DNA of 64,000 nucleotides from the human T2T-CHM13v2.0 reference genome, Homo sapiens. Of the stretch, positions 61,324-64,000 are shown piece after piece. Numbering within the stretch: the stretch's first letter is position 1; each line of letters begins with the position of its first letter. The notes beneath the pieces are model-generated. The model worked only from the letters and a program-made list of their open reading frames with translations. It did no database searches and was not told the DNA's origin. A program made the position numbers and the translations under genes. Location: assembly GCF_009914755.1 (NCBI RefSeq), contig NC_060930.1. One strand, given 5' to 3'.

Positions 61324-61751
61324 TGTGGAGAGAAAAGTGACTCCCTCTTGGATGCTAATTCTCTATGCTGACTTCTGATTAGCCCCAGTCCCAGGACTGA
61401 CTCCTGATTCCCACTTTATTTACCATCCCTATTGTAAGAACATGTCAACCTTGATGTTATACAAATTCTAGGCTATGACACATTAGCATTCTTACCTGTT
61501 CTGGACAGTAGTAGCCTTTGTCTTGCACAGAGCATGTATACTCTTCCCCTGTGGTATATAAGCCCTGGGTGTGGGGGTAATAAGTGCAGAAACCTACCTG
61601 TCTTGCTGCCATCCAAGACCACGCTTCTGTCTGTAAGTTCCCCAATAAAACACTCTTTACTGACAACTAGATTTGTCTGTCTTGTTCCTTGGTTTATTGG
61701 CTCCTTTGGCATTTGGGGGGCACTTTGCATAGATGGCCCTTTCATGGAACA
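61324..61751 (+). mobile_element. LTR47-like 3' LTR
   Basis: TGTGGAGAGAAAAGTGACTCCCTCTTGGATGCTAAT...; TATATAA at ~61555, AATAAA at 61644; ends TTTCATGGAACA. Confidence 0.75.
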
Positions 61752-63097
61752 GAGGGTCTGTGTGGGGCTGGGAGCCCAAGTCAGCACTTGCAGTCAGAGC
61801 CTAGAACATGTGCTGAGGAGACAGAGCTAGACCTGTTAGCAGAGACAGACCTGTTAGCGGAGTGGATAGCTGGGCCAGCAGGTCTGAAGTAACGCTATGG
61901 AAGAGCAGGCCAGTAACAGCTGAAGAGCTTCAGAAACTCCCACTTCTAACAAGGTCACTTCCTCTAAGAGGGACTACTGTTGTATCATAGTACACAGCTG
62001 TCTCTGCCTGGCTGTCCTAGTAAATATGCAGCATTTGGGGGCATCCACACTACTGGAACAGTAGCCATGAGAAGAGTCCATTGTGCCAGCTTAATTGCAC
62101 CCAACTGTACAATGAGAACATGGGGATCAGTGTGTTCTGCTACTTCTCTGCTTAGCATTCCTGATATACCTGCTTTACATAGGCACCATGTGGCACCGTG
62201 GTGTGTGCCTGTGCCACTTTGAATCACATTTGGGTATCTATTGGAAGGCTTCTTCGGGACTGTTGTGACACCAACTACACTATGGACTGATCCCTGTCAG
62301 AAGGTAACAAAGGGGCAAGGGACAGCATTTCCAGTCTAAGCCCTGGAATGTGCGTGGCATCAAACTGTTTTGCATTTGTGAGCAGGAATACAACTGCTGG
62401 ACAACAGATATTCCATCAGCCAACAGAAACTGTGACTGGCTTTAAAGAAAATGGGCTTCCCTTGGTCTTGGGAACACAAGACTCAGCAGTATAGAAACAG
62501 AAATGGTTGCAGGTGGAGGAAGCACTTTCGCCGGAGTCAGGAAAGCATGAATAACACAAAATCTTCAGCTTTTCCTCCCTTCTCTCTCCTGAGCTTTCTG
62601 CACCTCTGCTGTAGCAGTGATGGCAGCAGTGTGGAGAACACAGCCTCAGGGAACAACCAAGGTCCAGGATCACTAGCAAAGGTTATGAGAAACTATGACT
62701 TCCTTTAGAAAAAAAAAAAAGGGAAATGAGAGTGCCCAAGGTCTTAGGAGAGGGCTGGTGCAGGCCTGGGGCATAGTAAATTCTTTAGCTTGTCTAGATT
62801 CACCATGCCAAGTGGGGAGGTTGCTTGGGTCAGACTATATTAAAGGACAGCATCTCCACCCTCCCCTAGAGGTCTCAGAATGTCCACTGACTGTGGCTTT
62901 AGTGGTCCTTGAACAGAAATTTGGTAACATGAAGAGTAGCAGATGCTGGCATGGTAAGATTACAAATGTGTATCAGAAGAATTATTTTGTGGGTAACAGA
63001 AAAAACAACATATAAAGAAACAAGTTAATACCATGAGAATGTCATTAGCCAAACTCAGAATGTGGATCATTCTACAGGACAAGTAACCTGGCTTTTT

Positions 63098-63648
63098 TGG
63101 GGAAACAGAAGCATAGGAGAGCCAGGGTGACACCATTTTAAAGTCAACTCCATCTTTCAACTAGCAAGGCATATTCCTTGCCAGTCACAACCCATGGTCA
63201 TAAGAGGTTTACAGCTGATTAAACAACTTAATAATGCCTGCAAGAACAAACGCCTATGACAGACAACAGAATGTCCACATGTCCTGACGTCACATTATAA
63301 TATATGCTTTTAAGATTATTATAGTCATGCTTTGATATACTAACTAAAATGCCAAGGATAACTTTCTTTAAATCAATAGGTCCTAAATTTTGTCATGCTG
63401 TCAGAGCACCCACACATAGACATTTAACTTAGCTTTTATGTAGATTAAACCCCTACATTAGAAGAGTTTACAACAAAGATGGTGCATTCTTCCTTTTGCT
63501 TTCTGAGGACACCTACTCTGTATCTGAGTAACTTTCAATAAACTATCTCCTTCTCACTGCACTCTGTGACTCACCTTTAATTCCTTCCTGTGCAAGATCC
63601 AAGAATACTCTTTTGGGGTCGGGATCGGGACCTGTTTTTCTGGTAACA
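63098..63648 (+). mobile_element. ERV1 solo LTR (MER41/MER4 group) inserted in an old L1 3' end
   Basis: CAACTCCATCTT near the 5' end; AATAAA at 63537; ends CAAGATCCAAGAATACTCTTTTGGGGTCGGGATCGGGACCTGTTTTTCTGGTAACA. Confidence 0.75.
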
Positions 63649-64000
63649 GTTTCTCCAACAAATCAAAGCCTTGAGAAAAAAAAAATAGGTAGGGTGGGTG
63701 GTATGGTATAGAAGAACAGAGAATAATGAGACATAAGAAGCAATTGCAATGTGTGGACCTTCTCTAGCTTCTGTTTCAGACAGACCAATTGAAAAAGACA
63801 AGACAGATATTTGAATATGCATTGACTGTTTAGCAAAATTAGAGAACTGTTGTTAATTTTGTTAGTGTGAGAATAGCATGGCTTTATGTTTTTTAAAAAC
63901 CCTATTCTGTGAAAGATGCATGCTGAACTATTTAACTGTGAAATTGTATGTAAAGGATTTGCTTTTACAATCCTCCAGAGATGAGTTTATAATGATATAA

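Noticed and set aside
61829-61858. Short direct repeat AGACCTGTTAGC x2
   Set aside because: An ordinary local slippage duplication with only two units.

Overview
Human (primate) genomic DNA from the MHC class I alpha block on chromosome 6p. There is no intact classical protein-coding gene. From left to right the window holds: the 3' end of a class I pseudogene (HLA-W by gene order), cut off by a MaLR element; a decayed gamma-like ERV inserted into intron 5 of a minus-strand MIC pseudogene (MICD, exons 2-5 present, exons 1 and 6 lost); the HCG9/CpG-island region; an intron-containing DDX39B/MCCD1 tail-to-tail duplicate (DDX39BP2/MCCD1P2); a HERV16 element carrying an HCP5/P5-like antisense segment; the complete HLA-J pseudogene; and a repeat-rich tail with an ERVL/LTR47 element. 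Gene names and repeat subfamily names come from recalled sequences and known gene order, not from a database search. The three most interesting observations are: (1) a hand-spliced 334-codon HLA-J frame (intact leader, alpha1 and alpha2 plus a frameshifted tail with no transmembrane segment) whose stop codon may escape NMD because the intron 7 donor is destroyed; (2) two short templated insertions copied from one ~135-bp stretch at the ERV LTR/MICD junction; (3) ~1.45 kb of apparent host DNA, containing a much older MER103C-like transposon, in place of the ERV protease and RT. I found no convincing new multi-gene system.
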